A stretch of 28,817 nucleotides of DNA from Alphaproteobacteria bacterium (GCA_035531735.1 DATKSH010000271.1:1-28817), one strand, 5' to 3'. Shown: positions 18,047 through 26,450, counted from the first letter of the stretch. The notes: generated by a model from the sequence alone, not told the origin. Program-made: numbers and translations.

Positions 18047-20711
18047 CGAGGAAAACCGTCCGTCGCCGGAGGCGTTGCTGGCCGAGGCCAAGCGCGAGGC
18101 GCGCGGCAAGTTGAAAATTTTCATCGGCGCGGCGCCCGGCGTCGGCAAGACGTTCTCCATGCTGCGCGCGGCGCAAGCAAAGAAACAGGAAGGCATCGAC
18201 GTCGCGGTCGGTATCGTCGAAACCCATCGGCGCAGCGAAACCGAAACGCTGCTGGCCGGGTTGGAGATCATCCCGCGCCTCGACATCAATTATCGCGGCA
18301 TTCCGTTCCAGGAAATGGACCTCGACGCGGTCCTGAAACGCGCGCCGAAACTGGTGCTGATCGACGAATTGGCCCATTCCAACATTCCCGGCAGCCGCCA
18401 TCCCAAACGTTACCAGGATGTCGAGGAATTGCTCGACGCCGGCATCGACGTCTATTCGACGCTCAACGTCCAGCATATCGAAAGCCTGAATGACATCGTT
18501 GCGCGCATCACCGGCGTCACGGTGCGCGAGACGGTGCCCGACGACATCGTGCAGAAGGCCGATTCAATCGAACTGATCGATTTGACACCGGAAGAACTTT
18601 TGCAGCGCTTGAAGGAAGGCAAGGTCTATATCCCGGCGCAGGCACGCCTCGCCATGGGCCGCTTTTTCACCGCCGGCAATTTGACGGCCTTGCGTGAGCT
18701 GGCCTTGCGGCAGGCGGCCGCCCGCGTCGACGAGCAAATGGCCGATTATATGCGCAGCCACGCGATCGAAGGCCCATGGCCGACCAGCGAGCGCATCCTC
18801 GTCTGCATCGCTGGTGACGGGCAATCGCTGGCCCTGATCCGCACGGCCAAGCGCAGCGCCGAGCGCCGCCATGTGCCGTGGCTGGCGCTTTACGTCGAAA
18901 CCCATCATCACGCGGAACTGGGCGAGAGCGCGCGGCAGGAAATCGCCCAGGCCCTGCGCCTAGCCGAAAGCCTCGGTGGCGAGACCCAGACGGTGGCGGC
19001 CGAGGACGTGGCGGGCGAAGTGCTGCGCGTGGCGCGCGAAAAGAACGTCAGCGTCATCATCATCGGCCGCTCGGTGCGCACGCTGGGCTCGCGGCTTTTG
19101 CGTCCCTCGGTGGCAGCGGCCCTGCTCGACCGCAACGAGGATTTCGACATCCTCGTCATGAGCGGCAACGAAGACAAACGCCCGCGCAAGGACGACGGGC
19201 CGCGCCCCGCGCGGCCGTGGTTCACCGGTCATTGGCGCGCGTGGCTCGAAGCGACACTGGTGGTCGGCCTCGCCAGCATCGTCGCCGCCGGTGCCGGCCA
19301 TTTGACCGATCCGCCGACGCTGGGGCTGATCTACCTGGTCGCCGTGATGCTGCTGGCGGTCGACCGCGACATTCGCGTTTCGCTTTACGCCGCAATCCTC
19401 AGCGGCGTTGCCTTCGATTTCCTGTTCTTGCCGCCGCGTTATTCGCTGATGATCGACCAGCATCAGGATTTTTTGTTGCTGTCGTTCTTCCTGGTCGTCG
19501 CGGCAGTCGCCTGCCTGATCGGGTCGCGCCTGCAAAAGCAGATCGCCGTCACGCGCCACAACGCGCGCCGCACGCAGGCGCTCTACGATTTCGACAAGGC
19601 CATCGCGCAGGCGGTGACGCTCGACAACATCCTGCAAACCATGGTGCGGCACGTGGCGGCGACCCTGAAGGCACGGGCGGCTGTGTTGCTGCCCGAGGGC
19701 GAGCGGCTTGAAATGGCCGCTCTTTATCCCGATACTACGCGGCTCGATACCGCCTCGACGGCGGCGATGGATTGGGCCTTCAGCCACGGCAGGCCGGCCG
19801 GTTTCAAATCCGACACGCTGCCCGGCGCCGCGTTTTACGGGTTGCCGCTGCGCGCCGGCAACGAGACCGTCGGTGTGCTGGCGGTGCAGGCGGAGGACGG
19901 AGCGCCGCTGTCGCCCGACCAGATGCATTTGCTCGACAGCTTCGCCAACCTGTCGGCGGTCGCCATCCAGCGCACGCGCCTGGCCGGCGACATCGAGCAG
20001 GCGCGGCTCGAAACCGAGACCGAGCGCCTGCGCTCGAGCCTGTTGTCGTCCGTCAGCCACGATTTGCGCACGCCGCTGGTCGCCATTCTCGGCGCCACCA
20101 CCAGCCTGCGCGATTACTGGGACAAATTCGACAACAAGGCGCGGCGCGAATTGTTCGGCACCATCGAGGAGGAAGCCGGGCGCCTCGATCGCTTCGTGCA
20201 AAACCTGCTCGACATGACGCAACTGGTGGCCGGCGGCCTCAAGTTGAAGCGCCAACCGATCGACGTGCAGGATTTGATCGGCGCGGCACTCGGCAAGCTC
20301 AGAAAACAGCTAGGTGGGCGGCCGCTCAGGCTCGACATTCCCGACAACCTGCCACCGATCGACGGCGATTTTGCCATCCTCGAACGCGTCTTGGTCAACA
20401 TCCTCGACAATGCCTGCAAATACGCACCGGAGGATCAGCCCGTCACCGTCACCGCGCGGCGCGAGGCGCATTACATAGGACTCACCATCACCGACCGCGG
20501 CGCCGGCATCCCCGAGGAGGAACGCGAACGCGTGTTCGATATGTTCTATCGCGTCAAGGTCGGCGCCACGCCGACCGCGGGTGCCGGCCTTGGCTTGGCG
20601 ATCTGCCGCGGCTTCATCGAGGCGCATGAAGGTCGCATTAACGCCCTGCCCGGCACTGACGGCATCGGCACGCAGATCGTCTTGCGGCTGCCGATTTCAG
20701 AAAGCAGATAG
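18036..20711 (+). CDS. kdpD: Sensor histidine kinase KdpD
   Basis: GKLKIFIGAAPGVGKTFSML, DELAHSN, KRYQDVEELL, USP domain, four TM helices, GAF-like region, SSVSHDLRTPL, NILDNACKY, G boxes (DRGAGI, GLGLAIC). Confidence 0.97.
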   Translation: MADNEENRPSPEALLAEAKREARGKLKIFIGAAPGVGKTFSMLRAAQAKKQEGIDVAVGIVETHRRSETETLLAGLEIIPRLDINYRGIPFQEMDLDAVLKRAPKLVLIDELAHSNIPGSRHPKRYQDVEELLDAGIDVYSTLNVQHIESLNDIVARITGVTVRETVPDDIVQKADSIELIDLTPEELLQRLKEGKVYIPAQARLAMGRFFTAGNLTALRELALRQAAARVDEQMADYMRSHAIEGPWPTSERILVCIAGDGQSLALIRTAKRSAERRHVPWLALYVETHHHAELGESARQEIAQALRLAESLGGETQTVAAEDVAGEVLRVAREKNVSVIIIGRSVRTLGSRLLRPSVAAALLDRNEDFDILVMSGNEDKRPRKDDGPRPARPWFTGHWRAWLEATLVVGLASIVAAGAGHLTDPPTLGLIYLVAVMLLAVDRDIRVSLYAAILSGVAFDFLFLPPRYSLMIDQHQDFLLLSFFLVVAAVACLIGSRLQKQIAVTRHNARRTQALYDFDKAIAQAVTLDNILQTMVRHVAATLKARAAVLLPEGERLEMAALYPDTTRLDTASTAAMDWAFSHGRPAGFKSDTLPGAAFYGLPLRAGNETVGVLAVQAEDGAPLSPDQMHLLDSFANLSAVAIQRTRLAGDIEQARLETETERLRSSLLSSVSHDLRTPLVAILGATTSLRDYWDKFDNKARRELFGTIEEEAGRLDRFVQNLLDMTQLVAGGLKLKRQPIDVQDLIGAALGKLRKQLGGRPLRLDIPDNLPPIDGDFAILERVLVNILDNACKYAPEDQPVTVTARREAHYIGLTITDRGAGIPEEERERVFDMFYRVKVGATPTAGAGLGLAICRGFIEAHEGRINALPGTDGIGTQIVLRLPISESR

Positions 20712-20803
20712 CAGAAGACGGGGATCGGAAGCGTTTCATACCCGGCAATGCAGCATTTTAACACATTGCTTTTGATACCTGTCTTCTGTCTTCTGCCCTC
20801 TGA
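20697..20803. repeat. 7-bp-periodic imperfect palindromic element (copy 2)
   Basis: Left arm cagaaag/cagatag/cagaaga/cggggat/cggaagc, right arm ttgatac/ctgtctt/ctgtctt/ctgccct/ctga. The arms match at 23 of 32 positions by my manual alignment. Inner IR gcaatg (20745-20750) / cattgc (20764-20769). Confidence 0.8.
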
Positions 20804-20806
20804 TTA

Positions 20807-20815
20807 TGCTACAAT
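20807..20815 (+). promoter_or_regulatory. Putative extended -10 promoter element for kdpE (TGcTACAAT)
   Basis: TG-n-TACAAT lies 9 nt before the kdpE ATG. No SD sequence and no clear -35. Confidence 0.45.
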
Positions 20816-20824
20816 GCGCCCATT

Positions 20825-21544
20825 ATGGAACCCGCCCCGCGCATCCTGATCGTCGACGACGAACCGTCGGTCCGAAAACTCCTGCGCCTCAGCCTGCAGG
20901 CGGAAGGCTTCGACGTGCTGGAAGCGGCGACCGCCGAGGCGGCCATCACCCTCGTTCATAGCGCCCCGCCCGATGTGATGATCCTCGATCTCGGCCTGCC
21001 GGACTTCGACGGCCAGCAGGTGATCCGGGACGTGCGGTTGGTCAGCGACATGCCGATCCTGGTTTTGTCGGGCCGCACGGAGGACGGCGAGAAAATCGCC
21101 GCCATCGAGCGCGGCGCCGACGATTACATGCAAAAACCCTTCGCCATGAGCGATTTGGTGCTGCGCGTGAAGGCCGCCCTGCGCCAGCGCGAAACGCGCG
21201 AGGCCCTTTTGGACACCGAGCATGTGCAGACCGGCATGCTCGACATTCACCTCGATTCGCATGAAGTCCTGCGCGGCGCGGCGCGGATCGATCTCGACGA
21301 CGAGGAATACGCACTTTTGCGCCTTCTGGCCCTGCATGGCGGGCGGGTTTTGACCTATGGCCGGCTCGAACGCGCTTTATGGGGCGAGGATAAGGACACC
21401 GAGCACCATCGCCATTTGCAGCAGCGCATCGGCGCCCTGCGCCGCAAGCTCGAAGCCGAGCCGTCCTTCCCGCGCTACATCGTCACCGAGCCGGCGGTCG
21501 GCTATCGCCTCGAAATGTTGCCGGCGGAGGAACGGGCGGCGTGA
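20825..21544 (+). CDS. kdpE: OmpR-family response regulator, KdpE-like
   Basis: RILIVDDEP, ILDLGLPDFDG (phospho-Asp), VLSGR, GADDYMQKPF; winged helix LRRKLEAEPSFPRYIVTEPAVGYRL; follows kdpD. Confidence 0.85.
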   Translation: MEPAPRILIVDDEPSVRKLLRLSLQAEGFDVLEAATAEAAITLVHSAPPDVMILDLGLPDFDGQQVIRDVRLVSDMPILVLSGRTEDGEKIAAIERGADDYMQKPFAMSDLVLRVKAALRQRETREALLDTEHVQTGMLDIHLDSHEVLRGAARIDLDDEEYALLRLLALHGGRVLTYGRLERALWGEDKDTEHHRHLQQRIGALRRKLEAEPSFPRYIVTEPAVGYRLEMLPAEERAA

Positions 21545-21547
21545 TTC

Positions 21548-22171
21548 TCATCCGCCGGTTACCCTGTGTACGACAGTGCCAAGCGAGGCGAACAACCATA
21601 AGCACCACCAGCCGACCGCATAGGCCAGCGCGATGAAGACCCCGTCGCGCTGCAAAAGCCCGAGCGCGAGGAAAAAGATGCCGATCGAGGGCGGCACGTT
21701 GACCACCGGGATCGGTAGTGTCACTAGGATGGCCAAAACCAAGGCAAGGAAAGCATGCACGCGCAACAGGGCCGGCGCCGAGAGAAAAGCAAGGCGCGGC
21801 TTGATGTAGCGCTCGATGCGTTCGACCCAGTAAATGGCGCGGGCAAGGCCGTCGAGCAAGGCCGTGCGAGCGATGGTGCGGCGGCGGATGAAGGCCGGGA
21901 ACAACGGCGCCTTGAGGCCCAGCACCATCTGTACCGCGAGGATCACCATCGGCAGGCCGAGAAAGAACGACAGCATCGGCACCATGAAGATGACGATGTT
22001 GAGGATCGAAAGAATCAGAAGCAGGAAGGCGAAGCCGCGCAGGCCGAAGATCGAGAGGATGCGGCCGACCGTGATGGTGTCCTCGCGCGCGGCTTCCTCC
22101 ATCAAATGCCGCATCAGGTCGGAAATATGATCGGGTTTTTGGCCGGGCGGCGGTGACGCGAGGGAAGTCAC
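21548..22171 (-). CDS. exoD: ExoD-family membrane protein
   Basis: ITVGRILSIFGLRGFAFLLLIL, QMVLG...LFPAFIRRRTI, ERYIKPRLAFL, PIPVVNVPP, LGLLQRDGV. GTG start 7 nt after the atpF stop. Confidence 0.8.
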   Translation of the reverse strand: MTSLASPPPGQKPDHISDLMRHLMEEAAREDTITVGRILSIFGLRGFAFLLLILSILNIVIFMVPMLSFFLGLPMVILAVQMVLGLKAPLFPAFIRRRTIARTALLDGLARAIYWVERIERYIKPRLAFLSAPALLRVHAFLALVLAILVTLPIPVVNVPPSIGIFFLALGLLQRDGVFIALAYAVGWWCLWLFASLGTVVHRVTGG

Positions 22172-22178
22172 GCGCAGC

Positions 22179-22679
22179 TCAAACCGCCCCGGCCTTGACG
22201 GTGCCGAGTTTCGGCATTTCGGCGATGGCCTGGTCGGCGAGGGTGGCGGCTTCGGTGCCCCCTATCTGTGCCGCCAGTTTTTCGCGCGCGATGGTCATCG
22301 CCGCATCGACCGCCGCCACGCGCACCGCCGCGGCCGCTTCGGTCTCGGCGAGGCGAATGCGCTCCATCGCCTCCTGCTCGCGGCGCGCCAGCACATCTTT
22401 CAATTCGGCTTCGGCCTGCGTTTTCAAACGCGCGGCTTCTTCATGCGCACGGCGCACGATCTCCTCGGCGTCCTGCATCGCCGCCGCGTGTTTCGCTTTG
22501 TATTCGGCGAGGGTCGCTTCTGCCTCGGCGCGCAGCTTTTGCGCATGCCCGAATTGCTCGCGGATAGCGGCGATCTGGTGATCGAGCCACGCATACATCG
22601 GCTTGCGCACATAGCGCCAGAAGAGAGCAAGAAAACAAAGGAACGCGACGGCGCTCCAGAACATCGGATCGTGCCACAT
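22179..22679 (-). CDS. atpF: ATP synthase F0 subunit b
   Basis: N-terminal TM (FWSAVAFLCFLALFWRY), then a long Ala/Glu/Arg coiled coil; last F0 gene. Confidence 0.9.
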   Translation of the reverse strand: MWHDPMFWSAVAFLCFLALFWRYVRKPMYAWLDHQIAAIREQFGHAQKLRAEAEATLAEYKAKHAAAMQDAEEIVRRAHEEAARLKTQAEAELKDVLARREQEAMERIRLAETEAAAAVRVAAVDAAMTIAREKLAAQIGGTEAATLADQAIAEMPKLGTVKAGAV

Positions 22680-22682
22680 GGC

Positions 22683-23132
22683 TCAGCCTCGCGCGGTAAT
22701 TTTGTCGATAATGACGGCGGCGAGATCGGCCGCCTTGCTCCGCACCTCGCCGAGCGCCTTGTCGCGGGCGGCGAAAATCCGCGCCTCGGCCTCAGCCAGG
22801 TGGCCGTCCAGCTCTTGTTGCCTTGCGGCTTGCCGTGCTGCCGATTCCTGCGCCGCCACAGCAGCGATGTCGGCCACCGTCGCCTGCGCCTTGGCGCGCG
22901 CCTCGGCAAGAGTCTTTTCGTAATGGCTCAGAAGCACCCGCGCCTCCTCGTTAGCGGCATGGGCGCTTTCGAGATCGTCGGCGATGGCCAATGTGCGTTT
23001 TTCCTGGGTACGCCGTACGACCGGCAACGCGAGGCACGCCATCAGCCCGTAAAGAACGGCGAAACTGACGGCCAACCAGAAGATTTCCCCCGGGTATTGC
23101 GTCGCGTCGAGTTGCGGCAGGCCGCCTGACAC
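22683..23132 (-). CDS. ATP synthase F0 subunit b'
   Basis: GLPQLDATQYPGEIFWLAVSFAVLY is the typical alphaproteobacterial b' N-terminus, followed by a coiled coil. Confidence 0.9.
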   Translation of the reverse strand: MSGGLPQLDATQYPGEIFWLAVSFAVLYGLMACLALPVVRRTQEKRTLAIADDLESAHAANEEARVLLSHYEKTLAEARAKAQATVADIAAVAAQESAARQAARQQELDGHLAEAEARIFAARDKALGEVRSKAADLAAVIIDKITARG

Positions 23133-23136
23133 CGGA

Positions 23137-23361
23137 TCACACCACGAACATCAGCATGACGGCGATCACGAAGCACATCAAAAGGACCAACTCGGCGAGG
23201 GCGAAGCCCATCAGGGCGACCGGCCTGACCTTGCCTTCCACGGAAGGGTTGCGCGCGATCGCGTTGATCCAAGCCGCGAAAATCAGGCCGATGCCGATGC
23301 CGGCGCCCGTCGAACCGATCATGGCGAGGCCGGCGCCGATCATCTTGACTGAATGCTCCAT
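23137..23361 (-). CDS. atpE: ATP synthase F0 subunit c (74 aa; start revised to ATG 23361)
   Basis: MEHSVKMIGAGLAMIGSTGAGIGIG, ARNP loop, ion-binding Glu in GFALAELV, GGGAG RBS upstream. Confidence 0.96.
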   Translation of the reverse strand: MEHSVKMIGAGLAMIGSTGAGIGIGLIFAAWINAIARNPSVEGKVRPVALMGFALAELVLLMCFVIAVMLMFVV

Positions 23362-23402
23362 CGAAAAACTCCCTGACTGGTTAGAGTGACAAAACTCACG
23401 CG

Positions 23403-23422
23403 ATCCCCGCTTTTGCGGGGAT
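23403..23422. repeat. REP-like GC-rich hairpin (atccccgc-tttt-gcggggat)
   Basis: Perfect 8-bp inverted repeat with a 4-nt loop between atpB and atpE. Resembles the widespread alphaproteobacterial CCCGC-n4-GCGGG repeats. Confidence 0.65.
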
Positions 23423-23467
23423 AGGGGTTTTCTAAACTCGCGCTTCGCGCTCGTTAAGAAAGCCGCC

Positions 23468-24211
23468 CTAATGCATCTCAATCGCGTCGCGCAGATAGAC
23501 GGCCGAAAGGATCGCGTAGATATAGGCCTGCAACAGCGCGACGAACAATTCGAACCCAGTGATACCAACGTCGGCCAAAAGAGGCAATACGCTGAAGCCG
23601 GACAGCCAGCCGGCGGCCAAAAGGCTCGCCACCATGCCGGCAAAGACCTGCAAAAGGATATGGCCCGCCATCATGTTGGCGAACAGGCGGATCGAGAGGC
23701 TGAAGGGCCGCACGACGAAGGACAGGAATTCGACCACGATCATGAACGGCAGCATGACCTTGGGCGCGGGCGGCGCAAAGAGGGCAAAGAAACGAACGCC
23801 GTGCCGGACGAAGCCGGTAATGATGATGACGATGAAAAGGAAGATGGCGAGGCTGAAATTGACGATGATCTGGCTGGTCACCGTGAATGAATACGGGATC
23901 AGGCCGAGAACGTTGCAAAAAAGGATGAAAACGAAAATCGAGAACACGAAAGGGACGAAGGGTTCCGCATGCTTGCCGGCCGCGCCTTCGACCATATCGA
24001 CGATCATGTTGTAGATCGATTCCGCCGCCATCTGAAAGCGGCCCGGCACCAGCGCCCGGCGGCGCATGCCGACCATCATCAAAAGCGAGGCGCACATGAC
24101 GGCCAGCAGCATAAGAAGCGCGGAATTGGTGAAGACGACCGGATGGCCGCCGGCCGAAAAAAGCGACCCACTCAGGGGATGAATTTCGAATTCGTCGAGT
24201 AGCGGGGCCAT
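23468..24211 (-). CDS. atpB: ATP synthase F0 subunit a
   Basis: FTNSALLM, VPGRFQ, LGLIPYSFTVTSQ, essential Arg in LSIRLFANMMAGH, LQAYIYAILSAVYLRDAI. Confidence 0.97.
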   Translation of the reverse strand: MAPLLDEFEIHPLSGSLFSAGGHPVVFTNSALLMLLAVMCASLLMMVGMRRRALVPGRFQMAAESIYNMIVDMVEGAAGKHAEPFVPFVFSIFVFILFCNVLGLIPYSFTVTSQIIVNFSLAIFLFIVIIITGFVRHGVRFFALFAPPAPKVMLPFMIVVEFLSFVVRPFSLSIRLFANMMAGHILLQVFAGMVASLLAAGWLSGFSVLPLLADVGITGFELFVALLQAYIYAILSAVYLRDAIEMH

Positions 24212-24556
24212 TCAATCCTCTGTCTTCCGGTTTCCGTCTTCCGCCTTCGGTTTCCAGCCGATCCCTTGCTCATAGCCGCCCAGCGCGCGCCACATATTGG
24301 CGAGCCCGGCAACGAACCCGGCCAGCAGCAGGCCCAGCATAACCCACGGCCGGGTTCCCAATTGCCGATCGACCAGAAAGCCGACCGCGCCGCAGACCAT
24401 GACCGTCGCCACGAAATCGAAACCCATGCGCCCGGCCTTGGCGAGGCCAAACCGGTCGCCGGCTTCGGTTCCTTCCGGCTGCGCCGGTTTCGCGCCGGCC
24501 TTATCGATGCGCGCCGCAAGATCGTCCAGCCTGTTGCGTTCGGGATCGCCTGTCAT
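24212..24556 (-). CDS. AtpZ/AtpI-family protein (start revised to ATG 24556)
   Basis: LDDLAARIDKA, GFDFVATVMVCGAVGFLVDRQLGTRPWVMLGLLLAGFVAGLANMWR; first gene of the F0 operon. Confidence 0.88.
   Translation of the reverse strand: MTGDPERNRLDDLAARIDKAGAKPAQPEGTEAGDRFGLAKAGRMGFDFVATVMVCGAVGFLVDRQLGTRPWVMLGLLLAGFVAGLANMWRALGGYEQGIGWKPKAEDGNRKTED
24220..24254. repeat. Single arm of the 7-bp-periodic repeat family (copy 3)
   Basis: ctgtctt/ccggttt/ccgtctt/ccgcctt/cggtttc. The first unit is identical to the units at 20779-20792. Confidence 0.65.
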
Positions 24557-24628
24557 GCCTTTAAAACCCGCGCGGAAGGTAGGGATGGGCGGCTTGGGAG
24601 TCAAGCCGCTCAAAGGCCAAAAAGCTCT

Positions 24629-25327
24629 TTATTTTGCCGGTACGGCTGCCTGTTGCTTGTCCATAAAACGGCGGACGGCAACGGCCATGCCGTCGGGATC
24701 GGCGTCGTCGGGAAAGCTGGTGAGGAAAGTGCCGCCCGGGCCCATCAAATAAATCAGGTTCGAATGATCCATGATGTAGTCATGGCCCTCGACCACCTCG
24801 CCCTTGGCGTAATAGACCTTATATTCCTTGGCGACGGCGGCGATTTGCTCCGGCGTACCGGTCAGGCCCATGATGCCGGGATGAAAACTCTCCACGTATT
24901 GCTTGAGCTTGGCCGGCGTGTCGCGCGCCGGGTCGATGGTGATGAAAAGGGTTTGCACCTTCTTGGCCTCGGAGCCGAGCGTGTCGAGCACATGGGCGAT
25001 GCCGGAAAGCCCGGTCGGGCACAAATCGGGGCAATAAGTATAGCCGAAATAGACCAGCAGGAATTTACCGCGAAAATCGGTATCGCTGACCGTCTTGCCG
25101 TCCTGGTCGGTGAGGGTGAAAGGCCCGCCGATGGCGCCAACCGGATGCAGCGCTTCTGCGCGCAGGGTCTCGCGCCGCATTTCGTCCTTATGGATTTGCC
25201 AAGCCGCAACGCCGCCTGCCAGCCCAAGCCCGATCACAATCGCCAACACGATGCGCAACACGCGCAGCTCGGCCAGCAAAAGGTGTTTGCTCGGTTCGGA
25301 ATCGGGGGATTTGGGAGATTTGGCCAT
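24629..25327 (-). CDS. SCO1/SenC-family copper chaperone
   Basis: N-terminal TM, IGGPFTLTDQDG, YFGYTYCPDLCP (CxxxC), FITIDPARDT, conserved His in YIMDHS. Confidence 0.95.
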   Translation of the reverse strand: MAKSPKSPDSEPSKHLLLAELRVLRIVLAIVIGLGLAGGVAAWQIHKDEMRRETLRAEALHPVGAIGGPFTLTDQDGKTVSDTDFRGKFLLVYFGYTYCPDLCPTGLSGIAHVLDTLGSEAKKVQTLFITIDPARDTPAKLKQYVESFHPGIMGLTGTPEQIAAVAKEYKVYYAKGEVVEGHDYIMDHSNLIYLMGPGGTFLTSFPDDADPDGMAVAVRRFMDKQQAAVPAK

Positions 25328-25352
25328 GCGGGCATTCTAAAGCATGCCCAAT

Positions 25353-25403
25353 AAAAAAGGCCAAGAGGAATGAGCGGCTTAAAAGCCCGATTCCGGCCTC
25401 TGG
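25353..25403 (-). terminator. Possible intrinsic terminator after phoH
   Basis: On the minus strand an imperfect nested hairpin (ggctt/aagcc, ggaat/attcc, agagg/cctct) is followed by a T6 run. Confidence 0.4.
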
Positions 25404-25425
25404 TTACCGATAACCGATTGCTGGC

Positions 25426-26175
25426 CTAAAGAACGCCCAACATGCTGGCGACCAACGGATGCCGGACGATGTCGTGATCCGAAAAGCGGGTGACGGCGAT
25501 GCCGGGCACCGGTTCCAGTCGTTTCGTGATGTCGGCAAGGCCCGACATGCCTTCGAGCAAGTCGCTTTGATCGGGATCGCCGGTCAGCACCATGGTCGAA
25601 TGCCAGCCAAGCCGCGTCAGCAGCATCTTGATCTGGTTGTAGGTGCAGTTCTGCGCCTCGTCGATCACGACGAAGGCGTTGTTGAGCGTGCGCCCGCGCA
25701 TATAGCCGATCGGCGCGATCTCGATGGCGCCGTCCTGAAGATGCTGCTTCAGGCGCTTGCCGCCGATGCGGTCGTTAAGCGCGTCGTAGAGGGGCCGCAG
25801 GAACGGCGCCATTTTCTCCTGCAAATCGCCGGGCAGGTAACCGATGCTTTCCCCGGCTTCGACCGCGGGCCGCGACAGGACGATGCGGTCCACGCGCCCG
25901 GCCTCCAAGGCTTCGACCGCGGCAGCGATGGCAAGGTAGGTCTTGCCGGTGCCGGCGGGGCCAACCGCGATGACGAGGCTGTTTTTTGCCAGCGCTTCGA
26001 GCAATTGCGACTGGTTGGCGTTTTGCGGCTTGATTTTGCGAATATAACTTTGATCGCGGCGTTCGAAGGCGGGGTTATTCAAAGGGTCCCAGGCGGAGTG
26101 GCCGGCACGGAGCGGTTCGACATTCCAGGATTTTTCGTTGCGGTTCGAAGAGTCATAATGACGCCGCTTGGACAT
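25426..26175 (-). CDS. phoH: PhoH-family ATPase, short form without N-terminal KH domain (start revised to ATG 26175)
   Basis: GAGG RBS, Walker A GPAGTGKT, RPAVEAGESIGYLPG, YMRGRTLNNAFVVIDEAQN, TGDPDQSDL, DIVRHPLV. Confidence 0.9.
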   Translation of the reverse strand: MSKRRHYDSSNRNEKSWNVEPLRAGHSAWDPLNNPAFERRDQSYIRKIKPQNANQSQLLEALAKNSLVIAVGPAGTGKTYLAIAAAVEALEAGRVDRIVLSRPAVEAGESIGYLPGDLQEKMAPFLRPLYDALNDRIGGKRLKQHLQDGAIEIAPIGYMRGRTLNNAFVVIDEAQNCTYNQIKMLLTRLGWHSTMVLTGDPDQSDLLEGMSGLADITKRLEPVPGIAVTRFSDHDIVRHPLVASMLGVL

Positions 26176-26434
26176 CCTCGCCTCGTTTCTGCCCATACAA
26201 ATGGGCGCTGACGACACGCACGGGATGCGCGTGCCTGGCACCTTCTTCGATTGTCGGGAAACAGCAGGGGGTAACGGTCGGGACTGAGCCGCAAAAAGGC
26301 CTCAAGGCTTGCCGGACTTTGAAGGTCGGGGCCGTCGAAGGGTTGCGAATCTCAGCACCTCCTTTGGCATTGGGGAAGGCCTTAACCAACTGCGTTAATT
26401 GCCTTCGACCTTGCTCTTAGCTTACGGAATTTAA

Positions 26435-26450
26435 GTTAATAAACCCTTAG
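26435..26450 (-). promoter_or_regulatory. CtrA-box-like motif (CTAA-N7-TTAAC on the minus strand)
   Basis: 8 of 9 matches to the TTAA-N7-TTAAC consensus, in an AT-rich patch with four TTAA tetramers (26382, 26395, 26431, 26436) upstream of phoH. Confidence 0.4.

Noticed and set aside
22179-23132. Two atpF-like genes and absence of F1 genes
   Set aside because: A b/b' pair and split F0/F1 operons are standard in alphaproteobacteria.
23137-23361. Possible Na+-coupled c subunit
   Set aside because: It lacks the Gln in helix 1 and the Ser/Thr after the Glu (reads AELV), so it is consistent with an ordinary H+ type.
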